Origin: Podarcis tiliguerta
Taxonomy: Eukaryota
Length of the DNA stretch: 64,000 nt
Direction: 5' to 3' (one strand)
Assembly (NCBI GenBank): GCA_965153285.1
Contig: OZ229115.1
The position numbers were made by a program, and so were the translations under genes. The notes under the pieces are model-generated. The model saw only the letters and a list, made by a program, of their open reading frames with translations. It did no database searches and was not told the DNA's origin. Below, piece by piece: positions 39,258 through 49,090 of this stretch. The first letter of the stretch is position 1, and each line of letters opens with the position of its first letter.

Positions 39258-40000
39258 CTCTGTTTACCTTGGAGTAAGCATTTATCCAAGAAGCCTTTCC
39301 ATAATTTTAGTTACATTTAATTATTGCTTTCCTGACATAAAGAGAATTCACTTCTTTGTAGTATACCATATTCTGCTCTTTTAAAAAAAGTAAATGTAAT
39401 ATGTGGCACTATTATAAAAAGAGCATGCTTAGAAAACACAGTAGACAGAAATCACAAACGGAGCTCTCATTTATATAAATCTGAATGTGTGGGAGAAGTG
39501 TTCATTGTGTCCAGCTTAAAAATCATGCACCATTATGTCCTTGATATATTAGCAAAGGACACTGAGTTGGCTCAAAGAGAAACGCAGCCACTTAAAAGCA
39601 TTAATTCTCCTGGAACTCACAGAAAAGCAAAAATAAATTAAATGTGCCACCTTTAAATTTTTGGCTATGTTAAAACATTATGAGAACTACCTGTTGGACA
39701 AATTATGATAAATGATATCAACTGACACACTGCAACTTGTCTGAACTCCTTTTGGCTGTAGTCATAAGAGGCAAGTTATACAACTTGCAAATTAAACTTA
39801 TATCTATCATACTATTTTAAAGGAAATTATTAAACAGTAGTAATCATGGTGTTCTGTATGAAGTAGCAAAATACTTTCTGAAAATATGTTGAGAAGACTC
39901 AAACTCTTAGTTCTTGAAATTTCTATCCCTACAATGCTCAAAAATTTTCCCCTTTCAACAAAGTGCATGGAAGTTATATTAAAGTAGCTTACCTAAGCCA

Positions 40001-40365
40001 GTAAAGGTAAAGGTACCCCTGCCCGTACGGGCCAGTTGTGTCCGACTCTAGGGTTGTGCGCCCATCTCACTTAAGAGGCCGGGGGCCAACGCTGTCCGGA
40101 GACACTTCCGGGTCACGTGGCCAACGTGACAAAGCTGCTCTGGCGAGCCAGCACCAGCGCAGCACACGGAAACGCCGTTTACCTTCCCGCTATAAAGCGG
40201 TACCTATTTATCTACTTGCACTTAGGAGTGCTTTCGAACTGCTAGGTGGGCAGGAGCTGGGACCGAAAGACGGGACCTCACCCCGCCGCGGGGATTCGAA
40301 CCGCCGACCATACGATCGGCAAGTCCTAGGCGCTGAGGTTTTACCCACAGCGCCACCCGCGTCCC
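40001..40365 (-). mobile_element. Full-length Sauria (Squam1) SINE with 11-bp TSD
   Basis: Head GGGACGCGGGTGGCGCTGTGGG, B box GGTTCGAATCC (40292-40302) and (ACCTTT)n tail. The TSD is TACCTAAGCCA (39990-40000) / TACCTAGGCCA (40366-40376). CpGs are retained. Confidence 0.95.
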
Positions 40366-40765
40366 TACCTAGGCCAATATGTTGTTGTTATTTCATTTAT
40401 AATAAAAGCAGCTAAGACAGTTTTTAAAGCAGTACAAAACACACATACAAAAAAAGAGCTTTAAAAACAGTGGGATAAACACTTAAGGCAGAGACCTTTT
40501 CATCTACCTTTTTATGAACTTTGACAACCTAGGTAGCATATTTATATAGAGAAAGTTGTTGGAGACTACTGGTATTAAATTAATGACCTTGCTGGTATGA
40601 GTGTCTTTCATACAAAATAATCTTCACTTTAAAAAATCCAGAATAACTTCAGAGCTGTGTATCTTTCTGAGATGAAAATGCTCATTTTCATCCTTTTGGG
40701 TCAAGACTTGGGTTGAGAAGACAGAAATAATTTCTGGAAACCAGCAGTGCTTTGTCTCTTTTATA

Positions 40766-41401
40766 ATGACAATCCATTGCTGGGGGCCCAGCATATACTT
40801 GATCCTTCCCTGGCTTCACACCAGGCAATTGCATGACCACTCCTCTGCTGGCTCTGGACTCCCCCCCCCCAAGACTGTCTGCCACCTCAGTTTCTCATGG
40901 GTAAGAGAGATAAAGAGGTATAGGGTTGAGGTTCAGTGTTTGGGTTTATTGGGATGCTGGGTTTCCTTGGGGCTGGAAAAGTTGGGCTGCTCTACTGTGA
41001 CAGCAGGTTCTTCAGGGTCCCCAGTTGTGCCAGGGGTCTCTGTGTCATCTCACAGCACTTCCTGGCTGAGGTTCCCTCTGGAACATGGTTGGGCTGCACC
41101 AGGAGTTAGACTTGTACCAGTTCACATCAACCAGAACAGTTCCCATTTCTGTTTTGAGCTAGTGCTTGCCCTCTGCCCTCTGCTACTAGGGATATTTCCC
41201 AGGGGCAGAGGAAACACTTATGTATTTGTGAGCATCAGGATGTCAGTCTTTGCCTGTTATATTTTCTCCACGTCTGTGCACCCAGCACATCCACAGTTGG
41301 GGGGAGAGAGAATTATAACTTGGGTAACAGGAGGCTTTGGAAGAGTTTTCACCTGGCCAGCACAGTTGGTCTCCTCCAAACTGTTATGTACCTTAGTCAC
41401 T
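40766..41401 (-). mobile_element. Possible solo LTR
   Basis: Compositionally distinct ~635-bp block. The - strand begins AGTGACTAAG, ends GATTGTCAT and contains CCCAATAAACCC. Confidence 0.35.
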
Positions 41402-42141
41402 TTTCCTCAGGCTTGAAACATATGTAAAAACCATTCATCCCTCATACACTACAGGTGCAAGAGAAGTCACGGGCAAATTAAAGTAGGTTAGTAAGGTGAC
41501 TAAAGAAAGATTGATGTGAAAGCTTCTTATACTTTTCATACTGGAGAATGGGGGTTAAAGAACTATCTACATCTCTCTTGGCTTTTGTGGGTCGGTGGCA
41601 AGAGCCAATGTTGTGGGCCCTCCAACTGATTTAAAATATGATCTCAGTTAAAAATTACTTCATAGGTAATAGTTGTTAAATATAATATTTACCCATCCCA
41701 CCCCTCAGATACCAGGAGATCACATATTATCTGGTGAGGGGTGGAGGATTATTATTTTAGTATTGATTAGCACACTAATTAACTGGCTGATAATTCAAGG
41801 AGCTGTTCAGGTTCATGCAGAAGGCTATTTCTGGTCCACTGCAATCCGTGGCTTTTCTCGCCTCCTCCCTTTTTGTGGTAAATAGCTGATCCCCATAAGA
41901 GTTTTTCAATGTTCTGCTGTTTCGATGTTCTGCTGTTTCAAAAGCAGTTTTGCAGCTATTTGAGAAAAACAAGCTAAAGGTCCCACTGAGCTCAAGACCT
42001 GGGCCTAATTCTCAGAATGCAAGTGGGGGTCTCACATGACTGCAAGCCCTTCCATTATAAATCTACTGCACAAAAAACTTTATGTCAGGGAGAAAGTTTC
42101 TAGCCTAGCCTGGTTCCAGATATACTATTTTTAAAATGTGA

Positions 42142-42182
<41 letters not shown>
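42142..42182. repeat. (TA)n(GA)n compound microsatellite
   Basis: Directly visible. Confidence 0.92.
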
Positions 42183-42187
<5 letters not shown>

Positions 42188-43139
42188 CGGAGGACTCCTG
42201 GATTGCAGTCTGAAGTGGTATAGCCTCAACATGTTTACCCCTTCAGTGAGTACTAGACCCTCGTTTCACAGTTATTTGGGCCCTGGCCATTGCATTTTGT
42301 CTAGCTATCAGTGGAAACAGAATCTGTCGGTTTTGAAGAGCACAGATTAGGAAGGAATGTGCCGTTTGGAAACGTGGCAGCTCTCATAGTACTGTGTATG
42401 GTTTAAATTAAACCTTTTTTTGGAAAGCAGAATAGCTGCAGGCCACATTTTGAGGGAAAGCAACAGCAGAAAAGGGTTGGCTGTGGTTTTTCCTTTGCTG
42501 TATAACAGACCAACTTTCTCTTGTTTTAACACAGAAGCGGGGGAGGGAAAGCTGGACTCCTTCAGACCAACCACACAGCTTCTCTGCTGACCACAAAAAG
42601 GAAGTTAGGCATGGCAAGGCTAGGATTAATACCCACTGTCTCTTAAGCCAACAGGGTGTGAGAACTTTTTATATGGATTTTTTCCCTCCCTGCCTTCTTG
42701 CCAGATTGACGGTGTGGTCAGAGTTTAGACATCTTGAAATAAGTACAAGTTTGCATTACATTGTGTTCCAGGCTTTTCTAAATTGCATCTTAAATTCGTT
42801 TACGCCCACTGCTGAGCTTTTAGCAGGGCAAACCACTAATAGCTTTGTGCTACTTGCTGGAGGGATAGGAAACATAAAAAATATGCCTTGAACACTCTAG
42901 GCAGTTGGCAGATCTTGACGGGCTGATAGACTATAGTTATGCTTAATGAAACAGGCAAAGCCAGCTCTTAATAGAACAGAGCCCTTTATTCTATGTGAAT
43001 AACAAGATTAAGAATTTATTGAATAATTGAATTTACTAGTCATTTGTCCAAATTTCCTTATTCACCGGCTCTTCTAAAAATTGACAGTGTGTGTGCTTTT
43101 ATATGTAATTGTGACATCACATATTTCCATGTGTGAGAT

Positions 43140-43303
43140 ATTTGATTTTAGTTATTTTATTGTATTTTTAATATTTTGTTGGAAGCCGCCCAGAGTGGCT
43201 GGGGAAACCCTGCCACATGGGTGGGGTAAAATAATAATAATAATAATTAATAGTAGTAGTAGTAATAACAACAGCAACTACAACAACAACTACAACAACT
43301 ACA
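43140..43303 (+). mobile_element. L2 3' terminus with compound (AAT)n(AGT)n(AAC)n tail
   Basis: GGAAGCCGCCCAGAGTGGCTGGGGAAACCC...GGGTGGGGTAAAATAATAAT, then mixed trinucleotide repeats. Confidence 0.75.
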
Positions 43304-43584
43304 GAGATGGCCAACAACCTAGATGGCTTTAAAAGAAAGATAGACAAATTCATGGAGGTGAGGACTATCAGTGGCGACTAGCTATGATGGCTGTGTTCTG
43401 CTTCCACAGTTGGAGGCAGCAATGCTTCTGAATATCCATTGCTGGAAGCCACAGTGGGTGGAGAGTGCTGCTTTGTTCAGAGGGAGCTTGTGGGTTTCTC
43501 ACAGGCATGTGGCTGGCCAATGTGAGAACAGGATGCTTGGCTTGATGGTACCATTGGCCTGATCCAGCAGACTGTTTTTATGTT
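43304..43584 (+). mobile_element. CR1 3' end (long 3' UTR lineage)
   Basis: ATGGCCAACAACCTAGATGGCTTTAAAAGAAAGATAGACAAATTCATGGAG encodes MANNLDGFKRKIDKFME. The UTR ends GGCCTGATCCAGCAG...TTATGTT. Confidence 0.8.
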
Positions 43585-43614
43585 TGCAAGCAAACCATAC
43601 CCTCCTGAAGTATA

Positions 43615-43812
43615 TAAGAACATAGTAAGCTGCTGTAGACTGAGTCAGACCATTGGTACATTTGTCTTAGTGCTGTGTGCGCTGAGTGGCAGTGGCTGCC
43701 CATAGTTTCAGACATGGGACTCTCCTAGCCCTACCTAGAGATTCCTGGGGTTGAACCTTGGCCCTTCTGCATGCAAAGCAGATGCTCTAGGACTGAGCTG
43801 CAGCCCATCCCC
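43615..43812 (-). mobile_element. Squam3-type SINE
   Basis: Reverse complement reads GGGGATGGGCTGCAGCTCAGTCCTAGAGCATCTGCTTTGCATGCAGAAGG...GGTTCAACCCC...TGGTCTGACTCAGT...CTATGTTCTTA. Confidence 0.8.
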
Positions 43813-43884
43813 TAATGCTATTTTCTTACATGAAAACAGGCCTATTCCTTTGATGCCTCATATTTTTATTTTTAAGCATTACAT

Positions 43885-44100
43885 GTTCTCAAACTTATTC
43901 TGTTCCAGGAGTCCATTTGACTCCTGAAACCATTTGAAAACCAAGGCATGGCTTCCGATTGGCTGCTGCACTTAACCAGAAGCTGTGGAAGCTGTGTCGG
44001 ATGTTCGGCTTCTGAAAAATGTTCACAGACTGGAACACTCATTTCCGGGTTTGCGGCGTTTGGGAGCTGATTTGTTTGGGAACCAAGCCGTTCAAGTATA
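43885..44100. mobile_element. Internal remnant of another pogo/Tigger-like MITE
   Basis: AACTTATTCTGTTCCAGGAGTCC and TTCCGGGTTTGCGG resemble the subterminal motifs of the CAGTGGTACC family. The TIRs are lost. Confidence 0.5.
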
Positions 44101-44227
44101 CTAATTGATTTTTGCACTCAAGTCCTGTTTTATAATTCTGTGAAACAGTTGTAGATTTGAACCAGCTGATATTTAACCATATGCATCCCAGAATTGAATG
44201 TACTTGGAGTGGCACATGATCATTATA

Positions 44228-44450
44228 CAGTGGTACCTCGGGTTAAGAACTTAATTCATTCCGGAGGTCCATTCTTAACCTGAAACTGTTCTTAACCTGA
44301 GGTACCACTTTAGCTAATGGAGCCTCCTGCTGCTGCTGTGCCGCCGCACAATTTCTGTTCTCATCCTTAATTAAAGTTCTTAACCCGAGGTACTATTTCT
44401 GGGTTAGCGTAGTCTGTAACCTGAAGCGTCTGTAACCCGAGGTACCACTG
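44228..44450. mobile_element. Tc1/mariner MITE, copy 5
   Basis: TA|CAGTGGTACCTCGGGTTA ... TAACCCGAGGTACCACTG|TA, with perfect 18-bp TIRs. Confidence 0.95.
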
Positions 44451-44687
44451 TAATCATGTAGTTACTCTCATAACCATTGCAAATATTTAGTAACACATAT
44501 TCTGAAAATATTGAAATATAACAGTTTATAAATTGAAACCACTTGTCCATCTGATAAATATAGTGCAGTCCTGACCAGGCATGACATGTGCAGTTTTTGT
44601 ATATTGTTACAATATTTCTAAAGACATAATGCTTATTGTGTATCGTAATGATGTAGTCCTAATATATTTGCAGTCAATTAATAATAC

Positions 44688-45043
44688 GGGTGGCGCTGTG
44701 GGTAAAAGCCTCAGCGCCTAGGGCTTGCTGATCGAAAGGTCGGCGGTTCGAATCCCCGCGGCGGGGTGCGCTCCCGTTGCTCGGTCCCAGCACCTGCCAA
44801 CCTAGCAGTTCGAAAGCATCCCCTGGTGCAAGTAGATAAATAGGGACCGCTTACTAGCGGGAAGGTAAACGGCGTTCCGTGTGCTGCGCTGGCTCGCCAG
44901 ATGCAGCTTTGTCACGCTGGCCACGTGACCTGGAAGTGTCTCCGGACAGCGCTGGCCCTCGGCCTCTTAAGTGAGATGGGCGCACAACCCTAGAGTCTGT
45001 CAAGACTGGCCCGTACGGGCAGGGGTACCTTTACCTTTACCTT
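44688..45043 (+). mobile_element. Sauria (Squam1) SINE with perfect 10-bp TSD
   Basis: A box TGGCGCTGTGG, B box GGTTCGAATCC (44745-44755) and (ACCTTT)3 tail. The TSD TTAATAATAC lies at 44678-44687 and 45044-45053. Confidence 0.95.
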
Positions 45044-46769
45044 TTAATAATACATAAATATCTCCACCTGTAGAACAGTTTCCTTCTGATAGGGACAGTT
45101 TCCAGATTATCCTTACTTGCTTGCTCTTTGTTCACATGTGCTTTGGTAGCGCAGGAAGTAGAAAGAAATGAGGAAAGCTTTCTCTTAATTTGTTTTTGCT
45201 GCCCTGGAAGACCTCCATTGCATCTTGATCTTTTTTCACTGCTGAGGAATTATACAGTAACAAATTGAATCCATTGATCACTGTCTTCTTCTCTGAAGTT
45301 TCACTTTGTAAGATTCTATACAGTAGTCCATTGACTTTGATAGAATTACCAATAGCAGTAATCAAGGCAATTAGGATGAGGCCAAATTATTTCCTTTACT
45401 GCATGGGTGTATGAGGAAGAAAACATAAAGGAATTATCTTATATCCAGTAACAAGAGACTTGTGTGGCCTTTTGTGGTGGGGGTGCGAGAAAAATGTTGG
45501 GTGTTCTAGTCTAAGTAGCTATTACTATGGTAATAATAATGAACTACCAGGTGCTAGGATATATAGTCTTTGCCTTATATTCGCTGGAAGAGTTAATCAC
45601 AAAGTGATTTTCCTCTCAAGATTCACGTGTTAAATTGTTTCCAAATGTTACAATTTCAAGGTCCCAGTCATGAAAAATAACAGTGAATTAGCTTTACTTC
45701 AGTACACAGGAACTTACTATCTTTCCACATTAGGGAAGGGGGAAGGGTATCCTTTACATTACTATTCTAGAAAGCACTCGGAACAATCATGGTACAAAAT
45801 GGGAAGGATTTAAAACTCCTTTGCTCCTGGTTGTGCAGATTTTGCAGATGCTTAGGCTATACTCAGAACTGTAAAGAGGCAAGAAGTCACTTAGCATGAA
45901 CAGATGTATTTTCTTTAGTAAACTCTTTCAGGCTATTGTTTCCTAGGCATTAAAATATGCCATCTTGATACTTGGTTATTCACTATATACCATAAAATAT
46001 TTATTAAGGTCATAGAACTGTAGTGCAGTAGAAAAACCCACATGTGGAACAATATGCTTGCTGTTATTTTGGATAAGAACATTTCTGCTGGGTTGCATCA
46101 CTGTCTGTAAATTTTATTGATTATAATTAAGTTCGTCTGTATTGTCTCTGGGAATGTACATAGCTTAAAATCAATATTTCTTATATTCATTAGGAAAACC
46201 AGCTTGAAAGGGATTTTAGTAGAAATAAGCAGCAAGGCCGCCACTTTGATTGCATTTATAAAGCATTAGGGGATCACCATCTCTCCTGCTTTTCTGAATG
46301 TGTTTTAAACTCATTTCACAAATTTGTCTCCACATTTAGCTGTTTTATTTTTACCCATTATCCCTATTCTTTATATCAAGCTTCCATTAAGAGAAGGCAT
46401 GCACCAGGTGTCTGCTGCAGGTAAACTCTGATTTAAAGTATCTGAAACTTTCATCTGCCCAACTTCAGCTGTATTAATTTACATTATGCATCTGCCCTTC
46501 ATCTGTATCATCTGCTTTGACAACATATGGAACCATTTTAAGCACAGAATAACATGTTGTCACCTTACTGAAATTTGTGATGAGTTAAATAGGGACAATG
46601 CTTCACACTTCAGGCAACTGTCGCACAAAAAGTCATGTCAGAAAGCCCCTAATACAAAAGTTGATGATTGCAGGGTGTGTTTTAAAGCTTTGTTTTCTTT
46701 ATACAAGTTTCATAAATTCAATGCCAGCAGTCTGTGTACATCCATGAATGCACTATGACTCCATTCTTA

Positions 46770-47060
46770 CATCTGTTTATTTACCATTGTTTCTAAAACA
46801 TCATTCAATAAAATTTCCAGTTTAAACAATTTCAAGTAAACACATACAGAAAGCATTGTAGCATAATGCATTCAAAATAGCACATATAAAACCTTAAAAG
46901 CTGCATATTAAAAATCACACACTGAAGGCCTGTTGGAGCATTCAGACACAAAAAAAGAGGAAATCTAGCAAACCCTAAAAGAGAATGCAATCTACACCTT
47001 TGGAACCATGACCAAGATGGCCCTGACGCTCACCCTCATCTGTCTAACCTTGCAAAGCAG
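46770..47060 (-). mobile_element. Old L2 3' fragment
   Basis: GGAACCATGACCAAGATGGCCCT is the reverse complement of a degenerate RAFSVVAP motif, with an A-rich reversed UTR upstream. Confidence 0.45.
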
Positions 47061-47237
47061 CAGGCCCTCTGAATTTATACTATAAATCACTTTGGGATGC
47101 CTCATGTGAAATTATTCATAAATGAAATAAATAAATGTAATTGAAGAGATTCACAAGGGAGTATGTGGCCCTTAAAGTAAGCTGTAGATTGAGAGGATCT
47201 CCCAATCAATAATACTTTGCACATTTTTTTAATTTAG

Positions 47238-47329
47238 TTTTCTTCATGGAGACTGTTGGGATTAAATTTGGGGGGGGAGGGTTTCACAGATTTATTGAAA
47301 TTTAATCCTAACAGTCTCTGTGAAGAAAA
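47238..47329. repeat. 32-bp-arm inverted repeat (hairpin, 28-nt loop)
   Basis: TTTTCTTCATGGAGACTGTTGGGATTAAATTT and AAATTTAATCCTAACAGTCTCTGTGAAGAAAA, with 3 transition mismatches. Confidence 0.85.
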
Positions 47330-47417
47330 TTAACTAATAAATAAAAAGTGGTGATCTGATTAACATTAACCCTATGGTGGAGTTGAGAGGTGAAACAGAT
47401 CTTGCAGTGGTTCATAG

Positions 47418-48149
47418 GCAAAAAAAAATGAGAGGCACAAATACAAGATGGGTGACACCTGGCTTGAGAGCAGTACATGTGAAAAGAATCTAGGAGTCTT
47501 GGTTGACTACAAACTTGACATGAGCCAACAGTGTGACGCGGCAGCTAAAAAAGCCAATGCAATTCTGGGCTGCATCAATAGGAGTATAGCATCTAGATCA
47601 AGGGAAGTTATAGTGCCCCTGTATTCTGCTCTGGTCAGACCTCACCTGGAGTACTGTGTCCAGTTCTGGGCACCACAGTTCAAGAAGGACACTGACAAAC
47701 TGGAACGTGTCCAGAGGAGGGCAACCAAAATGGTCAAAGGCCTGGAAACGATGCCTTATGAGGAACGGCTAAGGGAGCTGGGCATGTTTAGCCTGGAGAA
47801 GAGGAGGTTAAGGGGGGATATGATAGCCATGTTCAAATATATAAAAGGATGTCACATAGAGGAGGGAGAAAGGTTGTTTTCTGCTGCTCCAGAGAAGCGG
47901 ACACGGAGCAATGGATCCAAACTACAAGAAAGAAGATTCCACCTAAACATTAGGAAGAACTTCCTGACAGTAAGAGCTGTTCGACAGTGGAATTTGCTGC
48001 CAAGGAGTGTGGTGGAGTCTCCTTCCTTGGAGGTCTTTAAGCGGAGGCTTGACAACCATATGTCAGGAGTGTTCTGATGGTGTTTCCTGCTTGGCAGGGG
48101 GTTGGACTCGATGGCCCTTGTGGTCTCTTCCAACTCTATGATTCTATGA
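47418..48149 (+). mobile_element. Young 5'-truncated CR1 LINE, with unbroken ORF2 C-terminus at 47448-48077
   Basis: Protein motifs [45 protein letters not shown] and VRQWNLLP. The tail is (ATTCTATG)n. A candidate TSD TTCATAG lies at 47411-47417 and 48150-48156. Confidence 0.97.
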
Positions 48150-48709
48150 TTCATAGTGGGTAGCATGAGCAAAGCACCAACAGGTTCACTCCAGCTCTCT
48201 GGCCTAGAGCCATTAACTCATTGTGGTGCTGAGAACAGTTTTAGCATGTGAGCTTCTTGAAGGCAAGTTTATTGCTCTCCTTAGCTGCAATCTCATATTC
48301 GGAGGTCTTAGATTTAGATGGTGCCTGGTTACTGGTGTTAGGTTTAGTATTAGAGTTTTCTTTCTCTCCCCCCCCCCCCATCAGGGTGTGTTGTACCTAG
48401 CTCTCCTTTTGACTTCAGCCACAAAATGCATTATTCCACAAGTTGTGAATGTTTATTAGTTATTGATCCACCCCTTTTATCATTTATTTAGATACTCAAA
48501 GCTTGGAAATCCTGGTGACCACACTTAGTTTCAATAACGGAATATTTACAGTTCATTGACAAACCATCCATGAGTAAATAAGGAAATCAAACTTGCTATT
48601 GGGTAATGTACTGTCAGCTGGGAGGGTAAAGAACTAATGATCAGATAGGTCCAGATGGGGCCCAGATAGTTCTCTCCATTAGGGGAAATTATACATGAAG
48701 TAGGTAGCT

Positions 48710-48895
48710 TATTTATTACCATTGTATCTCACAAGTTCCCCAAGAAGCTAAAGGCATGGGTTTCTTCCATTTTTAACTTCAAAACTGTGAAGTAGGTCAA
48801 GCTGGAAAGTGACTCGCTTAAAGTTGCTAGTGAACATTTGAACTTGGGTATCTGAGGTCTTACTCCTAGCACTGTTATTACTGCATTACACTAAC
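48710..48895 (-). mobile_element. Old CORE/MIR-like SINE
   Basis: AACTGTGAAGTAGGTCAAGCTGG..GTGACTCGCTTAAAGTT...TTTGAAC...TACTGCATTACACT is a degenerate version of 1657-1892. Confidence 0.55.
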
Positions 48896-48942
48896 TGTCA
48901 TCATTACACTGCATCACACTTGCTGTCATTATTTCTTTATAG

Positions 48943-49090
48943 CAGTGGGGGATTTTTTTGGGGGGGAGGTGCTGGTACTCATATATTGATAAAAGTGCCT
49001 GTAGGTGCCAACACAAAATGGCTGTCATAGGCAGCGAAGAAATAGGTGATGGTACTCTGAACCAGTGAGTACTGTCACAAAAAAGCACTT
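48943..49090. mobile_element. hAT MITE with perfect 8-bp TSD
   Basis: TSD CTTTATAG at 48935-48942 and 49091-49098. Ends are CAGTG..TTTTTTTG and CAAAAAAGCACTT, with an internal IR GGTACTCA/TGAGTACT. Confidence 0.8.

Noticed and set aside
40766-41416. 216-aa + strand ORF
   Set aside because: It has no domain-like content and coincides with a probable antisense LTR.
41909-41940. 16-bp tandem duplication ATGTTCTGCTGTTTC(G/A)
   Set aside because: This is an ordinary slippage-type duplication with no sign of function.
44688-44765. tRNA gene
   Set aside because: The A/B boxes belong to SINE heads (also at 1474, 17845, 40300 and 43800), and no complete cloverleaf is present.
47448-48077. 209-aa ORF as a host gene
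   Set aside because: It is the ORF2 C-terminus of a 5'-truncated CR1, and the ATG is an internal Met.
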